A stretch of 62,922 nucleotides of DNA from a virus. Lineage: Duplodnaviria > Caudoviricetes. The translations under genes were made by a program, and so were the position numbers. Under the pieces are notes generated by a model. That model saw only the letters and a program-made list of their open reading frames with translations, searched no databases and was not told the origin of the DNA. The DNA is taken from positions 1 to 62,922 of IMG/VR virus record IMGVR_UViG_3300042562_002309. One strand, 5' to 3'. This document shows, piece by piece, positions 39,271 through 48,149 of this stretch; position 1 is the stretch's first letter, and each line of letters starts with the position of its first letter.

Positions 39271-39623
39271 ATTATATTATTATTTTTTGGTGTGTTATTC
39301 AATATATTATTTAATATTATCTCCCTTCTAATCGACTTCTTAGGATCGACAAAGATAATATCGGTTTCCTTGTTGTATTCTAACCATATTTCTATTTCCT
39401 TTGATTGTGGAGAATATTTATAGTCCTTATTTGTTCTAAGTCTCATAACTGGTAGTTCGTCGAATATATCTTTGTAAAGCTCTTCTATCTTTTCGATGTC
39501 GTATTCTTCAATATCTGAGATTCTGCCTATGAAGTATTCCATAAATGGTTCGACAGTCTCTTCTACTTTCTTCAAATATTGTTGACTCTTAAACCCTTTA
39601 CACTTTATATACCAACCTACCAT
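39267..39623 (-). CDS. hypothetical protein with C-terminal tag
   Basis: ends [10 protein letters not shown]; between grpE and dnaJ. Confidence 0.7.
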   Translation of the reverse strand: MVGWYIKCKGFKSQQYLKKVEETVEPFMEYFIGRISDIEEYDIEKIEELYKDIFDELPVMRLRTNKDYKYSPQSKEIEIWLEYNKETDIIFVDPKKSIRREIILNNILNNTPKNNNII

Positions 39624-40141
39624 TTCTTCAAAGTTTTGCCAATTCTTAAATCCCTTATTTCCATCTGTATATCATCTCTATTACGAGATAGTTCTAAAAG
39701 TCCTGCGATATAGTTGTCGACTATGAGAGACAATGTTTCTGCAGTTCTATCTAACTTATCAAATTCTATCAAAGAAGTTTTGACCTTAGGCATTATTTCA
39801 ATCAAATAATCTACAAAATCATCAATATCGAAAAGAAGCTGGAACAATTCCAGCTTCTTTTCTTTAAGTAGTGTTGGTGGATCGACGAAAACCTTTCCCC
39901 AGACTCTCCTGATTGCAGGAAGTATCAAGTCGAGAGTATCGTCATCCTCTGGATAGAAAGCGCCGGAGAAATCATCTGTTTCAAAAAGATGAAGCTTTTC
40001 GTCGATGACATAGTCTACTATATTCCTGAAATCCGAAGTAAGTCTTATTCCTTGGCAAAGCGTGTCGACAAGCATGTTTCTGAAATCAGTATCTTTTTTC
40101 AGATCGAGTATGCTCTTTCTATCCTGCTTTCTTGGGACCAT
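39617..40141 (-). CDS. hypothetical protein with C-terminal tag
   Basis: ends IRDLRIGKTL; between grpE and dnaJ. Confidence 0.7.
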   Translation of the reverse strand: MVPRKQDRKSILDLKKDTDFRNMLVDTLCQGIRLTSDFRNIVDYVIDEKLHLFETDDFSGAFYPEDDDTLDLILPAIRRVWGKVFVDPPTLLKEKKLELFQLLFDIDDFVDYLIEIMPKVKTSLIEFDKLDRTAETLSLIVDNYIAGLLELSRNRDDIQMEIRDLRIGKTLKKW

Positions 40142-40687
40142 TTATTTACCAAGAACGATTTTAGGAAATCTGAAAGGCTTTCCATTAAGAGTATATCCTT
40201 TACTAACAACATCAACAATCTTGTTCTTACCAACCTCCAAAACAGAAATTACCTCATGCAAATCCTCGTCATAGGTTTCTGTTTGTATTGGTTCGATACC
40301 CTGATTCTTCAAAAAGTTCTGAACTTTGGACGCGATAAGCTCTACTCCTTTTTTTGCGGACTTATCTTTAATGTTTTTGATGGCCAACTCAATGTCACTA
40401 TCCATATCTAATATAGATGTTATCATAGATACTTTGGTGTTGTTCTTTATCTCTTCCTTTTCTCTTTGAACTCTTCTTTTGTGGTTTTCGAAGTCCGCGT
40501 ATAGAAGAAGGTATTTGTCCTTTTCTTCTTTCAATTGTTCTTCTAATACAGAAACATGCACTATTGGATTGTCTTCCAATACAAACTCTGTCGCATTCTC
40601 GCCAGTCAAATCAAGTCCAATAGTATGATCTTCTATTTTCATTTCTTCGGCTTTCAGTTCCTCATTAATTTTGTTTTTATCTTCCAT
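40142..40687 (-). CDS. grpE: nucleotide exchange factor GrpE
   Basis: ADFEN.KRR..RE, D..LHE.I, IVDV..KGY.LNG...R..K.V. Confidence 0.92.
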   Translation of the reverse strand: MEDKNKINEELKAEEMKIEDHTIGLDLTGENATEFVLEDNPIVHVSVLEEQLKEEKDKYLLLYADFENHKRRVQREKEEIKNNTKVSMITSILDMDSDIELAIKNIKDKSAKKGVELIASKVQNFLKNQGIEPIQTETYDEDLHEVISVLEVGKNKIVDVVSKGYTLNGKPFRFPKIVLGK

Positions 40688-40691
40688 TTTA

Positions 40692-41180
40692 TTAATAATT
40701 AAATTTTAGTAGTTTTCTAACTATGTTAGAATTATAGAATTCGTAAGTTATATTTTTATCCACAATCTTATGTACTTCTAATTTTTCAACGTTTTTTTTA
40801 ATAACTTCGACATACTCAACTAGATCTAACAAACCATTTCTATAACTTGTACTTGGTTCCCAATAGTCAGGAAACTTATCAACGAATTTATCTAAGGCCG
40901 CATCCAGTGCTTTTTTCCTAACTAAAAGAAATTCTTTCTCTTTTAGAGATTTATTGGTTAGTAATTCCATTACATAACCATTAAATTTGTGTATAAGGTT
41001 ATCAGTCTCAATAACTTTTAGTAATCCGATTACTAATGCATCCTTTTCCGATACTTCAACCTCCGCGTTTTCTTTCAGAATCTTTTCGGCCTCTTTATCA
41101 GAACCACCTAATATATAATATACATAATGGTCCCATAGGCACCGCTTTATAATGTCCTCAGGATATATTTTTATTACCAT
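40692..41180 (-). CDS. hypothetical protein
   Basis: ORF with likely ATG 41180 after a TATATA element. Confidence 0.7.
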   Translation of the reverse strand: MVIKIYPEDIIKRCLWDHYVYYILGGSDKEAEKILKENAEVEVSEKDALVIGLLKVIETDNLIHKFNGYVMELLTNKSLKEKEFLLVRKKALDAALDKFVDKFPDYWEPSTSYRNGLLDLVEYVEVIKKNVEKLEVHKIVDKNITYEFYNSNIVRKLLKFNY

Positions 41181-41256
41181 AAATAATTTATTTTTTCTTC
41201 TTATATAAGTTTGATTGTACAAAGTTTATCCATACATTTGTTAAAATTACGTAGAA

Positions 41257-41445
41257 ATGAACATAGAAGAAAAAATAGAATTGAACAAGCAGATAAGAAA
41301 GTATGAAGGAACAAATAGTTTTCTACTTTCACTACAAAAGATTTTAAAGACTAGTAAATACCTTTCTAAGGAAGAAAACAACGGGAAATCAGTGAAAGTT
41401 CTTTCCGAAAAACAATATGAGGCCGCTAAATCCTCAATGGAATAA
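41257..41445 (+). CDS. small hypothetical protein
   Basis: host-type promoter TACATTTG 41233-41240; NSFLLSL...LSEKQ. Confidence 0.65.
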   Translation: MNIEEKIELNKQIRKYEGTNSFLLSLQKILKTSKYLSKEENNGKSVKVLSEKQYEAAKSSME

Positions 41446-41475
41446 ACATTGCAATATTTTTATACTATAATCAAC

Positions 41476-41898
41476 ATGATGAAGACAGGATTCACTTGCT
41501 CTTGCTTTGACCTATTCCATGCAGGACACATAATGATGCTCAAAGAAGCAAAGTCGAAATGCGACTACCTTATAGTAGGACTTCAAACAGACCCGACTAT
41601 TGATAGACCAGAAAAGAACAAGCCGATACAGAGCGTTGTCGAAAGATTCATACAATTGGAGTCATGCAAGTACGTTGACGAGATTGTTGTCTACGCCACC
41701 GAAAAAGACTTGCTGGATATATTATATACCTATCCAATCAACATAAGATTCGTCGGAGAGGAATACAAAGAAAAAGATTTTACCGGAAAGGACCTAGAGC
41801 ATACAGAAATCTACTACAATAGTAGAAAACATTCATTCTCTACAACAGAGCTTAGAAAAAGAGTTATCGATAGATACGAAAAAGAAAAGAAATCCTAA
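41476..41898 (+). CDS. cytidylyltransferase (TagD/glycerol-3-phosphate CTase-like)
   Basis: FDLFHAGH HxGH motif, LIVGLQTDP, YVDEI, RKHSFSTTELR. Confidence 0.88.
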   Translation: MMKTGFTCSCFDLFHAGHIMMLKEAKSKCDYLIVGLQTDPTIDRPEKNKPIQSVVERFIQLESCKYVDEIVVYATEKDLLDILYTYPINIRFVGEEYKEKDFTGKDLEHTEIYYNSRKHSFSTTELRKRVIDRYEKEKKS

Positions 41899-42404
41899 GA
41901 TATCTTATTAAAAATAAGTTTACAACTTAGATTATGTGCCATTTTTCTTATGAACTCTTCATTGGCCTTAGTCTTATGCAACAGCTTCGGCTTCTTCATA
42001 ACTTCAAAAGAAGAATCTTCGTTCATATAGATTAAACCTGCATATTCTGGAACTTCATCTACAGATATCAAATCCTTTGGCGTGACGAAGCTAAAGTAGT
42101 TTGGTAGAAGATAGCTCAACTGGCCCTTTACAGTTCTTGTGTACTTCTCGTTTATTATATGTGTGTGCTTTTCCTTGATGAAATCCTTTTTGAAATCTGC
42201 TCTACTCGTCTTAATCTCATACTCGTATATGTAATCGGACTTTGATATAGAGATTACGTCACATTCTTGCAAGCCCATTCCCGTGAACCTGGTAGTTATA
42301 GGTGAATGTGATTTCTCATATAGATACATGCACATCGCAGACTCGATGTTTTTTGACTTAGAGTTGTCTCTCTTTATTTTATTTACTGATGATTTTCGAC
42401 TCAT
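41895..42404 (-). CDS. PD-(D/E)xK nuclease-like protein (MmcB-related)
   Basis: ECDVI..., EYEIKTSRADFKKD, PNYFSFVTP..LI...EVP.YAGL. Confidence 0.7.
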   Translation of the reverse strand: MSRKSSVNKIKRDNSKSKNIESAMCMYLYEKSHSPITTRFTGMGLQECDVISISKSDYIYEYEIKTSRADFKKDFIKEKHTHIINEKYTRTVKGQLSYLLPNYFSFVTPKDLISVDEVPEYAGLIYMNEDSSFEVMKKPKLLHKTKANEEFIRKMAHNLSCKLIFNKIS

Positions 42405-42456
42405 ATTGTATATATCGGATTTATCCGTATCTTTGTGTATTAAAAATATATAGAAA

Positions 42457-43653
42457 ATGAAAAGATACTTATTATCATACGATGAGGCGGTCGCACTTAC
42501 TTTAGGTCCTGACGCCACATTCTACGAATCAAAGTTCGTGGTCGAAGGGTATGACGTATCTATATTTAACTACCGCTTGGCGAGCTATTCCGACTTTGAT
42601 GACAATTTGGCATTTGAAATGAGAGGGTTGACTTTTGTCTTTGACGAAGACGGATCATTGTTCAACAGATACCTATTGCTGCACAAATTCTTTAACCTAA
42701 ACCAAGTTCCAGAGTCTCAATACTCTTTGGTTCAAGACTTAGATATAAGATCAATACACAACAAAGAAGATGGTTCTGTGGCGTCCTTCATAAGACTTCC
42801 AAACGGAACCGTTCTGGGTAAGTCCAAAATGTCTTTCGATTCCGACCAAGCGGCAGGCATGAACAGATTGTATAGATCGAACGTCGATCTGAAAAGATTC
42901 GTAGACTGGTCATTGGACAACGACTATGTCGCGGTGTTCGAATATGTCGCACCAAACAACAGAATAGTATTGAGATACTTAGACGAAGAATTGATATTGC
43001 TGAGATTGAGAGACAACAAAACTGGAGAATACCTAGATTTGTCTAAATTCTCTAAAGAAATAGGTTCGTTGAAAGTTGCACCATCCGATGTCGCAAAATT
43101 AGACGAACTTGTCGAACTATCTCATACTATAGAAGACAAAGAAGGATGGATCGTGGAATTCTCCAACGGACTTTTCATAAAAGTCAAGACTGCTTGGTAT
43201 GTTTCACTTCATGGCCTTCTAACAGACGATTTATATAGAGAACACGTATTGGTTAGATATGTCTTGGACGAAAAGATAGACGACGTTCTTGGTCAAATAC
43301 CAGAAGAAGAAGTTGAAGCACATGCTAGAATCGAAAAGATAATAGCCGTTGTAAAAAATGCTGTTTCCGAAAAGGTCAATGACATAAACAAATCTTATGA
43401 ATTGTTTTTAGAAGTTGATAAAGACGGGCCTGTAGATTTACAACTAATGAGAAAGACTTTCGCGTTGAAGTATGGAAAAGACACAAACTTTGCATATGTT
43501 ATGTCTTTATCAAAAGGAAATGATGTCTATGACTTAGCGAAAGAATGGGTTCATAATCAATCAAAAAAACTAAGTATTGCCAGAGAATTCTTGAAGGAAA
43601 GAGACACATCTCTTTTCTTCATAGATGTTCCAGAAGACGAAATCGGAGATTAA
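42457..43653 (+). CDS. rnlA: T4 RNA ligase 1-like protein
   Basis: EMRGLTF, HKFFNLNQ, KEDGS motif I, FEY..P.NRIV, EGW.V, K.K..WY..LH; host-type promoter 42428-42435. Confidence 0.85.
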   Translation: MKRYLLSYDEAVALTLGPDATFYESKFVVEGYDVSIFNYRLASYSDFDDNLAFEMRGLTFVFDEDGSLFNRYLLLHKFFNLNQVPESQYSLVQDLDIRSIHNKEDGSVASFIRLPNGTVLGKSKMSFDSDQAAGMNRLYRSNVDLKRFVDWSLDNDYVAVFEYVAPNNRIVLRYLDEELILLRLRDNKTGEYLDLSKFSKEIGSLKVAPSDVAKLDELVELSHTIEDKEGWIVEFSNGLFIKVKTAWYVSLHGLLTDDLYREHVLVRYVLDEKIDDVLGQIPEEEVEAHARIEKIIAVVKNAVSEKVNDINKSYELFLEVDKDGPVDLQLMRKTFALKYGKDTNFAYVMSLSKGNDVYDLAKEWVHNQSKKLSIAREFLKERDTSLFFIDVPEDEIGD

Positions 43654-43663
43654 TATATAGTAT

Positions 43664-43885
43664 ATGATCAAAATCGAAAAATATAGATGTGCTCTTTGCG
43701 GAGAGTACCTCTATAAGACTGATGGCGGAGGAAAGACAGTTACTCTACAATGTTCTTCAGAAGAAGCGAAGTTTTGGAATTTTGACAGAGGATCCGAGGC
43801 TCAGAAAATATCGCATGAGCACTTTATAGATTCTTTGGTATCGATATCAAAAAAGGAATGGGATAATGAAAATAAAAAAGTTTAA
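43664..43885 (+). CDS. small Cys-containing hypothetical protein
   Basis: CALCG; late promoter 43651-43659. Confidence 0.65.
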   Translation: MIKIEKYRCALCGEYLYKTDGGGKTVTLQCSSEEAKFWNFDRGSEAQKISHEHFIDSLVSISKKEWDNENKKV

Positions 43886-44021
43886 AGACTTCAAATTCAA
43901 AGGACGAAAGGGAAAAGTTAAGATAAGAAAATTTTCTGGAGAGAATGGATACGCTTGGACTCCTATTTCAAATAACAATAGCCCTGCACCTGGATATCAG
44001 GTAAATATAGTCAACAAATAA
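43866..44021 (+). CDS. 51-aa basic ORF MKIKKFKDF... (not in ORF track)
   Basis: leader-like N-terminus; overlaps previous gene end. Confidence 0.5.
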   Translation: MKIKKFKDFKFKGRKGKVKIRKFSGENGYAWTPISNNNSPAPGYQVNIVNK

Positions 44022-44089
44022 TATCATAAGTATTTATTTCAATAACATTAAAAAACTTTTTATTTATTTTAAATATAATGTTTATAAAT

Positions 44090-44200
44090 TGTCATTTTAA
44101 AAAACCTGACAAAAATCAGTTTTTAAAAATCGTTTTTACAAAAAACCTGACAAAAAACCTGACACAAAACTTTAAATAAAGTTTGGTACAGAGTTTGACT
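44090..44200 (+). promoter_or_regulatory. dnaK upstream region: 3 x AAAACCTGACA plus sigma54-like TGGTAC-N5-TTGA
   Basis: repeats at 44101, 44142, 44154; inverted TGTCA at 44090; GG-N10-GA at 44185-44198. Confidence 0.5.
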
Positions 44201-44229
44201 TAACAAGTAAAAAATAAAATAAAATAAAT

Positions 44230-46122
44230 ATGAGCAAAAATGTAATTATAGGAATTGATCTTGGGACAACAAATTCCTGCGTTTCCGTTGTAGAAGGTGG
44301 AGAACCAATCGTAATCAGTAACTCTGAAGGAAGAAGAACGACACCTTCAATAGTTTCTTTTTCAGGAACAGAAAGAAAAGTTGGTGATCCTGCAAAAAGA
44401 CAATCGGTTACAAATCCAAAAAACACGGTATACTCTATTAAAAGATTTGTCGGAAAAGACTATTCAGTTTGTACAGATGAGATAAAAAGAGTTCCTTATG
44501 AAGTTAAAAAATCAAAAACTGGAAATGTTCCTGTAGTGAACATCGACGGAAGAGACTACACTCCACAAGAACTTTCTGCAATCATTTTACAGAAAATGAA
44601 AAAAACTGCCGAAGACTACTTAGGACATGAAGTTACTAGAGCGGTTATCACGGTTCCTGCATACTTCGGTGACGCGGAAAGAACGGCTACTATTGAAGCA
44701 GGTGAAATCGCTGGTTTAAAAGTAGAAAGAATCATCAACGAACCAACTTCCGCAGCTTTGGCATATGGTTTAGACAAAAAGAACACAGACTCTAAAATCT
44801 TAGTATTTGACTGCGGTGGGGGAACTCATGACGTATCTGTATTGGAGATTGGTGATGGTGTATTCGAAGTAAAATCTACTGATGGTGATACTCACTTAGG
44901 TGGTGATGACTTTGACAACGCGATTATCACTTGGATGTTAGATGAATTCAAAGCTGAGCATTCTATGGACTTGGAAAAAGATCCTATGGCTTTGCAAAGA
45001 TTGAAAGATGCTGCAGAAAAAGCGAAGATTGAATTATCTTCTACATCTGAATCAGAAATCAACCTTCCTTATATCACCGCACAGGATGGAATTCCTTTAC
45101 ACTTTGTTAAGAAATTGACTAAGTCTAAGTTTGACCAAATGACTTCTTCTTTAGTAGATAGAGCGATTGCTTGTGCTAAGTCTGCTTTGAAAAATGCAGA
45201 ATTAAAAACAACAGATATTGATGAAGTAATCTTAGTTGGTGGTTCTACGAGAATCCCAGCAGTACAGGATGCGATTGAGAAGTTCATCGGTAAGAAAGCT
45301 AACAAATCAGTAAACCCTGATGAAGTTGTTGCATTAGGTGCTGCTATTCAAGGTGCTGTATTAAATGGTAGTATCACTGACGTTCTTTTATTAGACGTAA
45401 CTCCTTTATCATTAGGAATCGAAACAATGGGTGGTGTTTTCACTAAATTGATTGAAGCTAACTGTACAATCCCAACAAGAAAAAGTGAGACTTTCTCTAC
45501 TGCTTCTGATAACCAGCCATCTGTAGAACTTCACGTTCTTCAAGGAGAAAGAGCAATGGCTAAAGACAATAGATCTTTAGGGAAGTTCAACCTTGACGGA
45601 ATCATGTCTGCACCAAGAGGAGTTCCGCAGATATCGGTGACTTTAGACATTGACGCAAATGGCATCTTGTCCGTTTCTGCACAGGACAAAGCAACTGGTA
45701 AGGAAAACAAAATCAGAATTGAAGGTGGATCTCAACTTACAAAAGAAGAGATTGAGAAAATGAAAGCTGATGCAGAATTAAACGCAGAATCTGATAAAAT
45801 CGAAAAGGAAAGAGTTGAAAAGCTTAACCAAGCGGATACTCAAATCTTCCAAACTGAAAAACAGATGAAAGAATTTGACGAGAAGCTTACAGAAGAAGAT
45901 AAGTCTACATTAAAAACAGATTTAGATGCTTTAAGACAAGCACATGCTGATCAAGATGTTGCAATGATTGATGCAACTTCTGAAAAGTTGAACGAAAGCT
46001 GGAACGCAATCAGTACTAGATTGTACCAAGAAGGCTCTCAAGAAACTCAAAACGAAAGTACTAATACTGAAGCAAGTGGTAATGAAGAAGTAGAAGATAC
46101 GGATTTTGAAGAAATATCTTAA
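44230..46122 (+). CDS. dnaK: chaperone DnaK (Hsp70)
   Basis: [53 protein letters not shown]. Confidence 0.98.
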   Translation: MSKNVIIGIDLGTTNSCVSVVEGGEPIVISNSEGRRTTPSIVSFSGTERKVGDPAKRQSVTNPKNTVYSIKRFVGKDYSVCTDEIKRVPYEVKKSKTGNVPVVNIDGRDYTPQELSAIILQKMKKTAEDYLGHEVTRAVITVPAYFGDAERTATIEAGEIAGLKVERIINEPTSAALAYGLDKKNTDSKILVFDCGGGTHDVSVLEIGDGVFEVKSTDGDTHLGGDDFDNAIITWMLDEFKAEHSMDLEKDPMALQRLKDAAEKAKIELSSTSESEINLPYITAQDGIPLHFVKKLTKSKFDQMTSSLVDRAIACAKSALKNAELKTTDIDEVILVGGSTRIPAVQDAIEKFIGKKANKSVNPDEVVALGAAIQGAVLNGSITDVLLLDVTPLSLGIETMGGVFTKLIEANCTIPTRKSETFSTASDNQPSVELHVLQGERAMAKDNRSLGKFNLDGIMSAPRGVPQISVTLDIDANGILSVSAQDKATGKENKIRIEGGSQLTKEEIEKMKADAELNAESDKIEKERVEKLNQADTQIFQTEKQMKEFDEKLTEEDKSTLKTDLDALRQAHADQDVAMIDATSEKLNESWNAISTRLYQEGSQETQNESTNTEASGNEEVEDTDFEEIS

Positions 46123-46131
46123 AAAAAAATA

Positions 46132-46168
46132 AAAAAAGCCTTATAATTAAATTATAAGGCTTTTTTTA
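46132..46168. terminator. bidirectional intrinsic terminator
   Basis: AAAAAAGCCTTATAAT-TAA-ATTATAAGGCTTTTTT. Confidence 0.75.
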
Positions 46169-47003
46169 TTTTTTCTAATACTGAATAATCTTTATCAATA
46201 ATAAATTTGAAGTTATAATTATTTTCTATACAAGATTTCTTTTTATTTATATTCTTCTCAAGATATAGATTATAATAATAAGTAGATTTTACTTCACATA
46301 TTAGATTGTATTCTGGTAAATAAAAATCCGAATGATAAATTTTAATTTTACCATCGTGTTTGTATTTTATTGATGGTCCATTTTCAACTTTAATATCAAT
46401 ATTCTCACAATATTTTATAAAATCTAATTCATAAGTACCTCTATAATATAGACCATTATATCTCTTACAATTAAATCCAGACATTTGTTGCTTTTGGAAA
46501 ATATATTTATTTTGCAAAGCATTATCAACACCATACCTATCAATTATTGTTTTTTTTGCTAACTCTCTATTATTATAGTTTTTATCTCCATATTTAATAT
46601 ACTTTGTGTTTCTAACTTTATCTTGTGATATCTTAGAAATATTATCAATACCATATTTTGATTTAAGTGTTGATAATCTATCATTTTTAACACTTTCTAA
46701 TTCGAGTGTGTGTTCAACACCATATTTACTTATGTTATTAATTTTTACCTTTTCATATGAACAACCAGAACAATAGTATGAACTACTTTTTGTAGATTTC
46801 ATGTAACTATAGTATTTTACATTTTTTATGATTGTACAATTATCACACATTACTGATATTAAAATATGAGATCCTTTTGGTAAATCACTAACCTTAACTT
46901 TAATTATCTCACCAACTTTACCAATATAACCCATATTTATATAATTATTTATGTGTTTGCTATTCATTTTTACATCAACTTCATCTGTTATTATCATAAA
47001 CAT
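46152..47003 (-). CDS. homing-type endonuclease: Zn-binding N-terminus, KYG repeats, C-terminal PD-(D/E)xK (TnsA-like) domain
   Basis: CDNC/CSGC; repeated KYGVE/KYGID/RYGVD; RGTYELDF, Y.SDFYLP..NLICEVKS. Confidence 0.75.
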   Translation of the reverse strand: MFMIITDEVDVKMNSKHINNYINMGYIGKVGEIIKVKVSDLPKGSHILISVMCDNCTIIKNVKYYSYMKSTKSSSYYCSGCSYEKVKINNISKYGVEHTLELESVKNDRLSTLKSKYGIDNISKISQDKVRNTKYIKYGDKNYNNRELAKKTIIDRYGVDNALQNKYIFQKQQMSGFNCKRYNGLYYRGTYELDFIKYCENIDIKVENGPSIKYKHDGKIKIYHSDFYLPEYNLICEVKSTYYYNLYLEKNINKKKSCIENNYNFKFIIDKDYSVLEKIKKAL

Positions 47004-47050
47004 TTTTTTTAATTTTTATATAAAGTATATATTAAAAATTAAAATCATTT

Positions 47051-47068
47051 TTTAGACATTTTAGACAT
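47051..47068 (+). repeat. 2 x TTTAGACAT tandem repeat (candidate operator)
   Basis: read directly; between the endonuclease late promoter (47026-47034) and the RHH start. Confidence 0.7.
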
Positions 47069-47070
47069 TT

Positions 47071-47223
47071 ATGAAAAAGAGAACAACAAGAACTTACACT
47101 ATAGACGATGAATTATACAAAGAATTTGAAAAAATAATTAAAGAGAAATCTATAAATAGATCTAGGCTTATAGAGAATTTCATAGAGGACTTTGTTAAAA
47201 ATTATAAATCAAATGATAAATAA
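47071..47223 (+). CDS. ribbon-helix-helix DNA-binding protein (50 aa, not in ORF track)
   Basis: MKKRTTRTYTIDDELYKEFEKIIKEKSINRSRLIENFIEDFVKNYKSNDK. Confidence 0.75.
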   Translation: MKKRTTRTYTIDDELYKEFEKIIKEKSINRSRLIENFIEDFVKNYKSNDK

Positions 47224-47254
47224 AAAACCCACTCAAACTTAGTGGGTTTTTTTT
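47223..47254 (+). terminator. intrinsic terminator after the RHH gene
   Basis: AAAAAACCCACT-loop-AGTGGGTTTTTT. Confidence 0.7.
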
Positions 47255-47281
47255 GTATCTTTGTATGTAAATATATACTCT

Positions 47282-47674
47282 ATGATAGAAACGAAACAAG
47301 CAAAACTGGCAGCAGTTGCACTTATCTTCAATGAAGATAAGACAAAACTATTGGGAGTATCTCGAAAAGACAACTTTAAACTATTTGGTTTACCAGGTGG
47401 TAAAGTAGATGTAGGAGAAAGTATGACAGAAGGAGTCATTCGTGAAGTAAGAGAAGAAACAGGAATAGAAGTTAAATCCGCGGTGCCGATATTTATAAGA
47501 GAAGATGGAGAATTCGTGGCGGCGGTTTATTTGGTAACCGATTATGAAGGCGAGGTTTCGACCAAAGAATCTGGCGTAGTTGCCTGGATAACTTTCGAAG
47601 ATTTAAAACAAGGTGCTTTCTCAGAATACAATACTAAGCTAGAACAACATTTAAAGTTTTTAAACATTATATAA
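47282..47674 (+). CDS. NUDIX hydrolase
   Basis: Nudix box GGKVDVGESMTEGVIREVREETG; promoter TATCTTTG 47256-47263. Confidence 0.92.
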   Translation: MIETKQAKLAAVALIFNEDKTKLLGVSRKDNFKLFGLPGGKVDVGESMTEGVIREVREETGIEVKSAVPIFIREDGEFVAAVYLVTDYEGEVSTKESGVVAWITFEDLKQGAFSEYNTKLEQHLKFLNII

Positions 47675-48111
47675 TGAAAAAGAAAGTATACGTGGATATG
47701 GATGGTGTTATGTGCGACTTCTATGCCGCGTCAAAAAAAGCCAAAGAGTTAAATCCTTTACAACCTTATCCACAATCACAATGGGGATTCTTCCTTAAAT
47801 TAGACGAGATAAAAGATGCTGTTGAATCTTATAGATTGCTTGAAACAAAGTATGACGTATGGATCTTGACACGTCCTTCTTTTCAGAACGTGAACTGCTA
47901 TACAGAGAAGATACAATGGGTTTGGGACCATTTGGGACCAGATGTAGTTAAGAAGACTATCTTGATACCAAACAAGTCTTTGGTTAAAGGAGACTATCTT
48001 ATAGACGACCAGGGAGGATATGGACAAGAAGAGTTTGAAGGAGAATGGATACACTTCGGAGAAAAACCTTTTGAAAATTGGAAATCGGTAGTAGAATATT
48101 TAATGAAATAA
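47674..48111 (+). CDS. 5'(3')-deoxyribonucleotidase (HAD, NT5C-like)
   Basis: VYVDMDGV, EK..WV..H, K.L..GDYLIDD, W..V..YL. Confidence 0.88.
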   Translation: MKKKVYVDMDGVMCDFYAASKKAKELNPLQPYPQSQWGFFLKLDEIKDAVESYRLLETKYDVWILTRPSFQNVNCYTEKIQWVWDHLGPDVVKKTILIPNKSLVKGDYLIDDQGGYGQEEFEGEWIHFGEKPFENWKSVVEYLMK

Positions 48112-48139
48112 AAAAGAGAGTCATTTGACTCTCTTTTTT
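48110..48139. terminator. bidirectional intrinsic terminator
   Basis: AAAAAGAGAGTCA-TT-TGACTCTCTTTTT. Confidence 0.7.
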
Positions 48140-48149
48140 ATTATATCTT

